Shown piece after piece: positions 36,884-46,601 of a stretch of 64,000 nt of DNA (within the stretch, counting starts at the first letter, position 1; every line of letters starts with the position of its first letter). This stretch comes from Balamuthia mandrillaris (lineage: Eukaryota). The stretch covers positions 62,001-126,000 of the forward strand of contig JAVKOQ020000049.1 in the NCBI GenBank assembly GCA_031835245.2. Reading direction: 5' to 3'. Made by a program: the position numbers and the translations under genes. Under the pieces are notes generated by a model, which was not told the DNA's origin, made no database searches, and saw only the letters and a program-made list of their open reading frames with translations.

Positions 36884-38185
36884 TCATGTTTGCAGCGTTG
36901 AAGATGTTGCAAGAGCCACCTTTTGCTTCCACCGCTTTGTCCTCTTTTTTCTGTACAGGTGCTGTGCAGTGGCAAGACCAACCAGAAGCGCCAAAGCCAT
37001 CAGGATGATAGGGAGGCCCACATACAAAAACAGCTGGGCTGAATCGGGAGAGGAGTCGTCACCGTCCCAGTTCTTGTTGCCTGTGCCTTCTCCATCACTA
37101 TAGCTATCGTCTTCGTCACCATCTCCTTCTCCTTGTTGGTGGAGCAGTACCGATAAAGAAGGATCATAACTATAAAACAAAAGCATCAGACGAGAACTGA
37201 ACAAGTGAATGGTGGAAAATAAAGACCTTAAAGAATGCTGGAAGGCAAAGAAATAGAAGTCCAATCGAAATGTGTTGGGACCTTCATCCAAGGGGGTGAT
37301 TCTCACCCCCAACACGTTCTCTATTTCTCCATCTCGGACACAACGTATGTTCATGCTGAAAATCCAAGTGTGATTGGTAGTAGGTTCTGTGATATTAATC
37401 TTTCGAAGAAAGTTGTTTTCCTCCTCGAACACTAGCTGTAATGCTGGAGCGAAAGAGAGCTGAACCATCACTTTCACGATATTGTCTGTGTGGGTGAAGT
37501 TCCTAATGTGATGCAAATCGATAAACCTTGGAAAAAATGGAAATAACATGAAGACATGAAAACAGGAGAAGAGAAAAACATACCATCCATCCAGATGAAA
37601 GCCAAACTTGAAGGCACCGGGGCTCAACGAAATAAGCTCTCCCGCCTCCATTATATCCTCAGGCTCGTTAAAGATGATATACTCCACTTTCCAGTTGCCA
37701 GCTTCCATATTGGCTCTCTGCCTGAAGGCCAAACGATTCTCATTCCCAGTGTTGTAAAACTCTGAAAACATTTGGTAAGCAGCCTCTGCAAACAGTATGC
37801 TCTGCTCTATAAAAAACTCGCAGAGCACCTCGCAAAGACTGTCCAAGTCAGGAAGGATGTCGTCCATTCCATCGAAACCATCAAAGTCAGTAAAAACGTC
37901 ATCCAATTGTCTCTTATCATCTGGAGCGGGAGCAAGTTCTTCTAAGCCCAGGAAACGGATTTGAAGAGGTTCAATGCCGACAAGCGCTTGCCCCTTCACG
38001 CAGAGATGCACGTCTGCTGCGAATTGGTCGTCTTGGAAGAAGGCCTGACACCATTCTGTAAACATTCCCAACTCGTCCTGAAGAATGCCGAAAAACGTTT
38101 CGTTGTCCTCTTGTTGGGCGTTGGCCAACAAGAAGAAGAAGGTTACAAGAAGCTTTAGCTGCAGTACGCGTGTATTGTTGCTCAT
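36884..38185 (-). CDS. Type I membrane protein with ComC-supersandwich-like ectodomain, 2 probable in-frame introns
   Basis: Signal peptide (LLVTFFFLLANA), beta-rich ectodomain ending YDPSLSVLL, G/D-rich stalk, TM (LFLYVGLPIILMALALLVGLAT), basic cytoplasmic tail. Confidence 0.65.
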   Translation of the reverse strand: MSNNTRVLQLKLLVTFFFLLANAQQEDNETFFGILQDELGMFTEWCQAFFQDDQFAADVHLCVKGQALVGIEPLQIRFLGLEELAPAPDDKRQLDDVFTDFDGFDGMDDILPDLDSLCEVLCEFFIEQSILFAEAAYQMFSEFYNTGNENRLAFRQRANMEAGNWKVEYIIFNEPEDIMEAGELISLSPGAFKFGFHLDGWYVFLFSCFHVFMLFPFFPRFIDLHHIRNFTHTDNIVKVMVQLSFAPALQLVFEEENNFLRKINITEPTTNHTWIFSMNIRCVRDGEIENVLGVRITPLDEGPNTFRLDFYFFAFQHSLRSLFSTIHLFSSRLMLLFYSYDPSLSVLLHQQGEGDGDEDDSYSDGEGTGNKNWDGDDSSPDSAQLFLYVGLPIILMALALLVGLATAQHLYRKKRTKRWKQKVALATSSTLQT

Positions 38186-38401
38186 TGTTTCCTCCTTTCA
38201 ACAGGATTCCTTTTGACCGTGTAAAACAGCTAAATTGCTGAGCATTATAATAAAATAATTATATTAAAAGTTCTGATTATCAATTGGTCCAACACTGACT
38301 TTTTGCTTTGTTAAAAGGATCATGACGAGGGCACGAGGCACGTTATCGCTCCACATCAGCTTTTAACTTTTTGTTTTATGTACAAATCTCTCCACCCTGT
38401 T

Positions 38402-39830
38402 TCACTCTATCTTCGCACCTCCCTCTTCCTCCTCTTTCACAATCTTCATCAGGAAATCGGGTCGATCCGACATGACGCAATCCACACCCAAGCGCATGCA
38501 TCGGCGGATGTGAGGAGCCTCATCGAGATCAGCGCCAAACACGAACAACATCTTGCCCAGTGAATGGGCGTGCTTGACCACTCGGTCGTTCACGAGGATG
38601 CCCTCCTTGTCAAAGAGGAAGGCCCGGCCTATCAGCTTGAATATCCGCCATGATAGCTTGTTTCCTCTTTTGTGAAGAGATATAAGCATAACAATAAGAA
38701 CAAGGAGAAAAAATGACGAGAAGAGTCTTTCTTCTCCTTTCCTCTTTCTCGTTCTTGAGAAAAAACTAAAGCAGAAGAAACAACATAACCAAAACAACAA
38801 AGAAAAAAAATAGACAAGGAAAGAAAACAAACCTAGCTTGAAGTGCTTTGTCAACGTTAGCGCCATAGATAGTGCCAAAGATATCATGCTGAAAGGGCAC
38901 CAACCAATGCAATCGCAGGAACGACAGCAGGAAGAACCAAAGAGTTGCTCTGTAATGAGGGCAGAGTGGCACGTGTGCAGGTTTGTGCCGTCGCACCAAG
39001 TCGTTGACGGAAGGTACGACAGCACCAAGGATTACTCTTTCTTCTAAACCTCTTTCTTTGACCAGAGCTAGCGTTGGCTCGACGGCACGCTCATCCTTGA
39101 TGTCCAACAAGAAGCAAACTTCCCTGTTTGTGTTGCTGTCCACTAAATCGAAGACCTCTGCAAGCGTTGGGATGCGATGGCCTTTGTTGCGGAGAGGATA
39201 GCAAGCTGTGTGGTCTTGTGGGTTGGGTGAAAAGTGATGGCCTGCGTCTAAACTTTGAAGTTCTTTGAGAGTTTTATCACCTGCCTGCGTGGATGGAAAG
39301 AAGTGAGAAAGAAGAACACAAACAGAAGAGCATGGGAAGGAACAAAACGAACGAACCATGCCAAATCCATTGGTAGTGCGCTCAAGTGTAGGGTCATGCA
39401 ACAAAAACAGGTGCCCATCCTTTGAAGTCCTCACATCCAATTCCAACAGCTCCACCCCGCTATCCAAAGCCTTCTGAAAAGCGTGCAACGTATTTTCAGG
39501 GGCGAAGCAAGAGGCCCCTCCACGATGAGCCGCTGTCAAGCACTTCCTCCTCTGCCTGCTGCTGTTATTCTGCCTTGTCATCTCTTTCAAAGCCTTCTCG
39601 TTAGGGGGAGGGAGGGAAGGCGGAAAGAGCTTTTGTAGGACAGGAAAACGCGTGGCGAGCTTGCGTTGGCGTTGCCGACGGATCCAGAGGACCAACTGAG
39701 AGAGCAGTGGCAAGAACAGTATCAACAGCCCCAACACCATGGACACGGAAGAGACAGAAGCAGCAGAGGAGGAGGAGGCACCGATGGGCTCCACCCCAGC
39801 CGAAAGCTGATCCGAGTGGTTCACGTCCAT
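38402..39830 (-). CDS. Glycerophosphodiester phosphodiesterase (GDPD) with N-terminal TM helix
   Basis: AAHRGG..APENTLHAF, ELDVRTSKDG..LHDPTLERTT, RIPTLAEVF, LDIK, GVDCVMSDRPD. Confidence 0.92.
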
Positions 39831-40262
39831 CTTGGCTATTCGAGAAGAAGAAGGGGCAGCAAAAGAGAAGAAGAAGAAGAGACGGAGAGACAAGGACAAA
39901 GAGGACAAACAGACAAGGCCGAACGGAGAGAGCGAGAGAGAAGGAAGACAAGAGGAGACGCAAGCGAGCCCGCCCCTGGCATGACGTGTTCATCGGCCCT
40001 ATTTGTTGTAGACACCTTGGGATGACGTGCCAGAGGACGGCGTCACGGCGTCACGGCGGAGGTCGCTTTTCATTGAGGGATTCTCAAACCCAAGGCCTGG
40101 GCCGTATTCGTTGTTTTCCGGGAGATTTCGGGGTTTTGTGTCGACTGGCCTTAAAAATCAAGGCCCAGGCCCAGAAAAACCAAAAAATCGTTTCAAAGTC
40201 CCGTTCTTATTTTTTTGACGATAAAAAAATTCGTGTTTATCAATAAAAAAAATCGTCAAATG

Positions 40263-40770
40263 TTACTCTTGCGGCGAAGGAGGAGCCGTGGAGGGTCTGG
40301 TCGTTAAAGCATCAGTGGAAGGAAAGGGGGTGGCCACACTTGATAAGGAAGTGAGAGAGGTCGTTGATGAAGATTGCGTTGAAGCAGCAGGAAAGCCAGA
40401 GAATAGCAGCGGCAATGTATTTAAAAACTGTTGCTGAATCGTAACCAGTTGTTCAATGGCGCGGTTGGTTGTTTCCAAGCTTTTGGTGACCATCACTCTG
40501 AAGTGGGCTTCATTTTGTTGTTGTTCTTCCCATTTTTGAAAGTGCTCCTCTCGTTTTGCTCGTTTTTTTATCTTCTTCCTCTTCTATTTCTTCTTTTACT
40601 TCTTCCTCTTTTTTTCTTTTGTTGGACAACAAAAGGGTCTCCCGTTTTTCTACCTCTTTGATTTTTTCCAACGCATCATGGCATTCTTCCACTTCGTGTT
40701 GTTGCCGTTGCGCTAACTCCGCCTCCTTTCGTTTGATTTCCTCCTGCGTGAGGCGTTGCCTCTCTATTGT
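40263..40770 (-). pseudogene. Transposon accessory ORF2 (charged coiled coil + S/T/P tail), frameshifted; 5' end uncertain
   Basis: ERQRLTQEEIKRKEAELAQ..EEEEDKK joins RAKREEHFQKWEEQQQNEAHFRVMVTKSLE..PPSPQE* if one base of the T7 run at 40563-40569 is removed. Lies inside the TIRs. Confidence 0.6.
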
Positions 40771-40948
40771 CCAAGAGTGCGTGTTTCCTTCTCTATTTGG
40801 CTTGTTCCTTCCTTCATCGCAGAGGCAGTTGTCTCCTTCTCTCTTCGGCTTGTTCCTTTCGCAAGAAAATTCCGATCCTTTTTTTTTTCTCCGCCGTAGA
40901 AAAAAAAAAGAGGGAAGAGAGAAAGAGAGAGAAAAAAAATAGAACACG

Positions 40949-41740
40949 ATGCAGGGGAACACTCGTGGTAGGGCTGTTTTGCTTTTGATTTCTGTTTTGT
41001 TTCTTCAACAACAGCTCCTATTTTCATTGTTACTACAACAACAGATGCTGATAGCGTTGCTGACTAAACAACTTACCTGGCCTGCAACAAAAAAGTGGAA
41101 AAGACAGATGGGCACATGAAGGCCTTGACAAAGGACTCCTTGGCGTAAATCTCCAAGTCTACCACGCAACTCCTTGGGTCCACTGGCTGGTAAACGAAAT
41201 CCCCACACGTATACAGGCCTTCTGTGCTTCCAGTTCGATCGGATTTACCGTTGTGTTTCTGCCGCACTCCAGCAACCATGAAACCAAAGACACCAACGTA
41301 CAGCATGTACACTGGCTCCAAGAGCCCGACTGGCTTTAGTATTAAACTACTTGCGGGACGGAGGACACTACAAACGAGTTGCAGACTTGTTTCATGTATC
41401 CCAGCCGTATGTTTGCCGTGAAATCCGCCACATCGCTCCTATTCTCTACGCCAACTTGGATTACATTCATTGGCCTACGGTATGGCATTCTCATCCTTTT
41501 GAAAATGTTGTTGGCGCAGTTGATGGCACACCTCTCTTTCACTATCGAGTTCATCCACGACAAGGTGACCTTTACCGTGGTGACAAGCACACTCACTTTG
41601 TTGGTGCTCAAATCACCTGCTCTCTGTTTGGTGACCTTTACAATGTTGCCCTTATGCTTGGCCATAACAACGACCAGGCCAACTTCGTGATTTCTGGGCT
41701 TCGAGCCTTTGTGGAAGACAACCAACAATTTTATCGATAA
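40949..41740 (+). pseudogene. DDE_Tnp_4-type transposase pseudogene (three in-frame TGA, C-terminally truncated)
   Basis: One frame from ATG 40949 with TGA at 41117, 41126 and 41279. Motifs YTGL..F, RLALVLNYLRDGGHYKRVADLFHVSQPYVCREI (HTH), GAVDGT (first catalytic D), YRGDK, GHNND. Ends before the second D and E motifs. Confidence 0.85.
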
Positions 41741-42012
41741 AGTGAAATAAATAAATTTGCTGGAGAAATTTCGTTTCCCAAAAAGTTAGGCTTGGACTTT
41801 GCAACGCTTTTGTGGCCTAAAAACTGGGCCTAAAAAAAATAAGGCCCCAGGCTCTGGGTTTGAGAACCCCTCATTTGGTGTGAACGGATCGTGCATGCGC
41901 AAGAGAAAGAGATGAACACAAAGGCCAGCGTATTCTGGGGGTACGGAGAGCGAAGAAAACATGAGAGAGAGAGAGAGAGAGAGAGAGGAGAGGTGGGATC
42001 GTTAGCTAACGA

Positions 42013-42400
42013 ATGAGCGTCTTCGAAAACAGGTGGATGGCGTTTACCGCTGCTGGAGGTACGTTTGCGAGTGTTTGCTTTTCCTGTTTCCGTTTTGTCT
42101 CTTTTGTTGTAACTCGAACCCTATTGCTTTCCCTAAAAACCCTCCCCTCCCCTCCCCTCCCCAGTCGGTTCTTGGATGTACGTACGCCATAAACACGTGC
42201 AACGAAAGAAAGAACTCTACGGCGAACAAGAAAAGGCCGTGGACCCCATCTTTCCCTACATGAACCAACCCGTTCCCTCCCCCTCTGCCTCCGCCTCCGC
42301 CTCCGCCTCCAAGACACATCGGACAGCTGCATCGCCCAACAGCACGACGGGTCGCCCCGCGTCGACACCAAAACAAAAGAATCCCACAATCAAAGAGTGA
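42013..42400 (+). CDS. Small (~93 aa) hypothetical protein with short N-terminal hydrophobic segment, 2 exons
   Basis: ATG 42013 and GT-AG intron 42059-42164 give MSVFENRWMAFTAAGVGSWMYVRHKHVQRKKELYGEQEKAVDPIFPYMNQP..PTIKE*. Confidence 0.6.
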
Positions 42401-42725
42401 TTCGCTCCGCCTACAAAAACCAACAAATTGGCTTTTTCTTTTCTTTTTTTTTTCTTAAGAACTTAAAACTTTAGAAACGTGCCCCATTACCAATTTCCCT
42501 TCCCTTTGCAACCTATGGAGTGAGATCAAATGGCTGAGGGCACAGAACGAAACTTTTAAACTTAAAAAAAAAACATGCTAGTTTTTTTTTTTTTAAATTC
42601 CTATCTGGCCATCTTGTTTCAGTGCATTGTGAAACTTAAGATCTAAACAGAAGGAAACAATAACCAAAGAAGAACAAACAAACAAACAAACAAACAAACA
42701 AAGAAGAACAACAGACAGCCAGGCG

Positions 42726-43220
42726 ATGGAAAAGAACAAGTCACAAGGGGTCATTCCTTGTGCCGGGGTTGTGATATTTGCGGGAGTGGAGGAAGAAGAC
42801 GGAAGAGGAGAAGAAGGCTCATTCGGCGCTTCCCTCAAAGTAGCCTTGGTGAAAACCAAGGAAGGGCGTTGGGGCTTTCCCAAAGGCAAACGCAACCGTG
42901 GGGAGACCTCCCTTCAGACCGCCTTTCGCGAAGTGAAAGAGGAGACAGGTTTGAACGCAGGGGAAGACTACGAGCTTCTTCCTCAACAAGAAGACTTGCT
43001 GTTGGAACTCTCCGTGAAGGGCAACCCCGCCGTGGAGTACTTTGTGGCCAGGGCCTTGCCTGGCGTCTTCGCCAACAAGCCCTTGGTTTGTCTGGACCAG
43101 GACGAGCAGTTGGAAGTGGCGTGGGTGGACGTGGAGGAAGCACTCCGGCGAGTCTCCAGAGAGAAGAACCGCAGAAGCATTTTGGAAGCAGCGAAAAAGA
43201 AGCTGTTGTCGTCACAGTGA
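42726..43220 (+). CDS. Nudix hydrolase (Ap4A hydrolase-like), intronless
   Basis: Nudix box WGFPKGKRNRGETSLQTAFREVKEETGL, preceded by CAGVVIF. Confidence 0.92.
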   Translation: MEKNKSQGVIPCAGVVIFAGVEEEDGRGEEGSFGASLKVALVKTKEGRWGFPKGKRNRGETSLQTAFREVKEETGLNAGEDYELLPQQEDLLLELSVKGNPAVEYFVARALPGVFANKPLVCLDQDEQLEVAWVDVEEALRRVSREKNRRSILEAAKKKLLSSQ

Positions 43221-43260
43221 TCTAAACAAAAATACAAGTTTATTATGTTCGTTGTTGGTG

Positions 43261-44679
43261 TTATGAAGCATGAGAATAAGGGGACCTGGGAAGGAGGAAG
43301 CGAGAGAAGAGAGGCAAGGAAGAGTAGGCCAGCAAGAGGGAGGTGCTGGACATGATGAAGGGGTTGAGTTTGAGAAGAGCTTTGGGATGAACGGTGGAGA
43401 AGGGAGAAGATGGATGCTTTCGTTGTGCAAGGCTTGTGTTAGATCCTTTCTCGCCCTCTTCAGCAAAAGCGTTCAACTTGCCCCAATCGGGTGCGTTGTT
43501 GGTACTAATAACTTGCCAATAAAGCACTCGAGCAACATCTTCGTCTTCCTCTTCTTTAACACGCTTCATTTTCTGCTTTTGTCTTTTGGCGTTTTGTTCG
43601 TTATCACACTTCTTCTTATGCATCACTCTTGCCATCTTCTTCAGCTTCTTCTTTCCAAGGCCAACGGTCTTTTTGCCCATTCTTCTCTGCCCTCCTCCTT
43701 TTGGTTCTTCCTCCTTTGGCCATCGCACATAAAGAGAAGAACAGGAGGGTGCAATGAAGGCGGGCAAGGAACGTTCTTCCAACCACTGCTTGGCAGATGC
43801 CTCGAAGCACTGCTTCCTTTGTTTTTCGCTGCTGGAGCCCAACCTCTCGAAGGCGGTTTTGGCATCCGCTTCTCTGCGGTAGACAACGTGGCAGTAGCGC
43901 TTCTCCCAGTGCTCCGCATTAAAGCGTTGCAACTCGCCAAACTCGCGAAAGATGGCTTCCAAACAGCTCAAACGAAGTTGTTTCCATTCCTCAGCCCTTT
44001 CCTTCTTCTTAGAGGCGACCGTTTCTTCGCTTTTGGCTCGCTCTTCCAAGTCCCGAAGGAGCACGCCCCCGACAAACAGTTTTCGGCCGCGCTCGTCCCC
44101 CTCTTTCTTCTTTTTCTTCTTGGGCTTCTGCTTCTTATTAGTATTACACACGAGACGTTTTCCAATTCCTTCCTTCTCTGTACACAGAAGAAGTGGGTTG
44201 CTGTCTCCATTGTCTTTTGTTTGTTCTTCTTTCTCCTCTTCCTCTCCCTCCTTGTGGTCACGAGGAGAAGCAGTAGCACGAGCCGTTCGTTGGTGTCGCT
44301 GCTTCTTGTAATCTGCGGCCGCCTGCTTTTTCGTCCGTTTTGGTTTTCCCTTCCTTGCCTCGTTCTTCTTCTTCTCGCTGCGTTGCAACCTCCTCTTGGA
44401 TACGATTTTCGCAGCCTCGGCCACCAGATCGACGCCAGTCTCGTCCTCCTCTCGTTCCACCAGATCCGCCCAAAGCAAAGTTTTGTCACGGTTGCCCTCA
44501 AGGCAGAACATGGTTGTCACGAGCATAACGTCAGCCTTTCCGTCGCCTTCCTCTGGCCCATCGGTTTCCGGTGGTTGCAAACTCTCGCGCTGCTGCGTTG
44601 CTTGTACGGTAATGACTCCTTGCTTGTTGCATCTTTCTCTTCTTCTTCTTGCTTCTCCTTGATTCGGGCAAAGTAGCAT
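43261..44679 (-). CDS. Basic low-complexity protein with an RRM-like domain, intronless
   Basis: About 470 codons open. RKLFVGG (RNP2-like), IFREFGEL, YCHVVY..EADAKTAFERL, LYVRWP; K/R-rich segments. Confidence 0.7.
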   Translation of the reverse strand: MLLCPNQGEARRRRERCNKQGVITVQATQQRESLQPPETDGPEEGDGKADVMLVTTMFCLEGNRDKTLLWADLVEREEDETGVDLVAEAAKIVSKRRLQRSEKKKNEARKGKPKRTKKQAAADYKKQRHQRTARATASPRDHKEGEEEEKEEQTKDNGDSNPLLLCTEKEGIGKRLVCNTNKKQKPKKKKKKEGDERGRKLFVGGVLLRDLEERAKSEETVASKKKERAEEWKQLRLSCLEAIFREFGELQRFNAEHWEKRYCHVVYRREADAKTAFERLGSSSEKQRKQCFEASAKQWLEERSLPAFIAPSCSSLYVRWPKEEEPKGGGQRRMGKKTVGLGKKKLKKMARVMHKKKCDNEQNAKRQKQKMKRVKEEEDEDVARVLYWQVISTNNAPDWGKLNAFAEEGEKGSNTSLAQRKHPSSPFSTVHPKALLKLNPFIMSSTSLLLAYSSLPLFSRFLLPRSPYSHAS

Positions 44680-45009
44680 CGAACTCAACAAAGAAAAACA
44701 AAAAATAAAAATTTAAGAAAAAAAAAAGGTGCGCAACCAACAGGAAGGAGTCAACAAAACCAACAAGTGTTTGCAACAAAGACACCAAACAATGCAATAC
44801 AAAGAAACAAAGGTGGCCTCTCCTCCTCCCTCCTCCCTTTCCTCTGCTTGTTTGAGCTCAGGAATAGAGGGAGAACGAATTCTGTTAATAATAATGTATT
44901 ATTCCAAACGAATTTCTTGTTCTCGAAATATTTCGGGAAGGCGAAATCTCGTGGAAAGCAGGGTCTCCCGGTTCGACTCTCACCGCCGTCAAACTTCGTC
45001 AGTAATGGA

Positions 45010-45145
45010 GAGGGAAGAGAGAAGAGAGAAGAGAGAAGAGAGCGAGAGAGAAGAGAGCGAGAGAGAAGAGAGCGAGAGAGAAGAGAGCGAGAGAGAAGAG
45101 AGAAGAGAGAGGAGAGAAGAGAGAAGAGAGAGAGAGAGAGAAGAG
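45010..45145. repeat. GA-rich tandem repeat (GAGAGAAGAGAGC-type units) downstream of FAD2
   Basis: Visible purine-rich repeat units. Confidence 0.85.
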
Positions 45146-45269
45146 GAGTACTCGAAATGATGATGGGAAAGAAGGAAGGGGCAGAAAGAAGATAGAAGCG
45201 GAGGAGAGAAGAAGAAATGGTAGAGGGGAAAAAATAGTTGAAGTCAGCTAAAACAAATAACAATAACGG

Positions 45270-46601
45270 TCACTTGAACCAATACACTCCCCTCTGAGCA
45301 GGATCCTCGTCCACAAGCCGGCAGTCTTTCGCCACCCGCCACAACGCCCCAAAGATGGGCGTATCATCCATCCTATAATACTTGCCGAGCAGAGGCTTGA
45401 TGGCCCTCGTGGCCTCCTCCGCGTGGTAATGGGGCATCTTGGAGAACAAGTGATGCGCCACATGGGTGTCCCCGATGTGATGGAACACATGGTTCAACAA
45501 GCCATAGTCACGATCCACGGTGCAAAGGGCTCCCTTCAGCCAGACCCACTTCTCATCATCGAAATGGGGCAAAGCCTCGTCCGTATGTTGCAACTTGGTG
45601 ATAAGGGTGAGCCAAAAGTTGACAATGATGTAGGGCACCAGGTAAAGCTTGGTCACTGCCGTGAACGAATAAGTCCAGGAAAAGTAGACCAAGGAGCCAA
45701 GGGCCAGAAGAAGAGCCAGATCGCTGAGCAGCACAAACTTGGCTTCTTTGGGCCTGAAGATGGGGGAGTAGGGGTGGAAGTGGTTGAGGTGCAGCACGTC
45801 CAGCCTCCTGTTGTGGAGGTTCTTGGCCTTGCTGTAGTCTCTGCTGGAGACATTGAAGAAGAGGTAGCTCAGCCAGCCCACAGTTAACATGACGACCAGG
45901 TACAACACTGTCTGCAGCTCCTCGTTGAGTTCCTCCACAATGCCCTTTGGTCTTTCTTTCGCCTCCACCGCTTTGCCCTTTTCCTTTGCTTCGGCCTCGT
46001 GGTCTGTCGTTTGCTTCTTCTCAGGCACAAACACTTCGTCATAGTCCATGTTGCCAGTCTTTGAGTGATGCCTGGCATGAGAGAACTTCCAGCTGAAGTA
46101 CGGCACGAGAAGGGCGGAGTGAAGCACCAGTCCCACCGTATCGTTCACCCACTCGTAGGCCGAGAAGGCGCCATGGCCGCACTCGTGGGCGATGACCCAA
46201 ACGCCCGTCATGACGCATCCCTGAGCCACCCAGTAAACCACCCACAAGCACGCACCAACCAACGTTTGTGCCGTCTCTTGCGTCAGAAAGGCCGTGTCAA
46301 AAACGTCGTCGGTCGGACCCGCCGCCAAAGGAGTAGTGGCGGAAGGGAAGAGCGAGGCGGCGATGGTGGAGGAGAGAGGGTCGATGAGGTGAGTCGCGAA
46401 GAGGAAGAGAGCAGAGATGACCACGAGGTCCACGAGAAGGTAGCTCAGCGACCGCCACACGCTTCGCTCGAAGCAGCGCTTGGGGATGGCGCGCTTCAGG
46501 TCGGACAGCGTGAACGGCAGCGGGGCCAACCCCAGCGGAACCCGCTTGTCCTTCCGGCCTACAGCTTCATCGGCGGCAGCGTTAGCGTGTGAGGCGGTCA
46601 T
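45270..46601 (-). CDS. FAD2: Omega-6 (delta-12) fatty acid desaturase, FAD2-like, intronless
   Basis: PFTLSDLKRAIP..CFERS, His boxes HECGH, HARHH and HVAHH, LQHTD, GALCTVDRDYG. Confidence 0.96.
   Translation of the reverse strand: MTASHANAAADEAVGRKDKRVPLGLAPLPFTLSDLKRAIPKRCFERSVWRSLSYLLVDLVVISALFLFATHLIDPLSSTIAASLFPSATTPLAAGPTDDVFDTAFLTQETAQTLVGACLWVVYWVAQGCVMTGVWVIAHECGHGAFSAYEWVNDTVGLVLHSALLVPYFSWKFSHARHHSKTGNMDYDEVFVPEKKQTTDHEAEAKEKGKAVEAKERPKGIVEELNEELQTVLYLVVMLTVGWLSYLFFNVSSRDYSKAKNLHNRRLDVLHLNHFHPYSPIFRPKEAKFVLLSDLALLLALGSLVYFSWTYSFTAVTKLYLVPYIIVNFWLTLITKLQHTDEALPHFDDEKWVWLKGALCTVDRDYGLLNHVFHHIGDTHVAHHLFSKMPHYHAEEATRAIKPLLGKYYRMDDTPIFGALWRVAKDCRLVDEDPAQRGVYWFK

Larger units (their letters stand above)
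40075..41872. mobile_element. PIF/Harbinger-superfamily (IS5-like) DNA transposon, defective, two divergent ORFs
   Basis: Left TIR GAGGGATTCTCAAACCCAAGGCCTGGGCCGTATT versus reverse complement of the right end GAGGGGTTCTCAAACCCAGAGCCTGGGGCCTTATT. ATT duplication at 40072-40074 and 41873-41875. Internal HTH + DDE transposase remnant. Confidence 0.9.

Noticed and set aside
41117..41281. Selenocysteine or genome-wide UGA recoding as the cause of the transposase TGAs
   Set aside because: Host genes here use TGA as a normal stop, the contexts are Arg-like, and the transposase is also truncated.
40075..41872. Fanzor/TnpB or other RNA-guided cargo in the transposon
   Set aside because: No RuvC or Zn-finger motifs seen; ORF2 is a plain coiled coil.
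43270..44676. 468 aa + strand ORF
   Set aside because: Antisense shadow of the K/E/R-rich minus-strand RRM-like gene; Leu/Phe-rich with no motifs.
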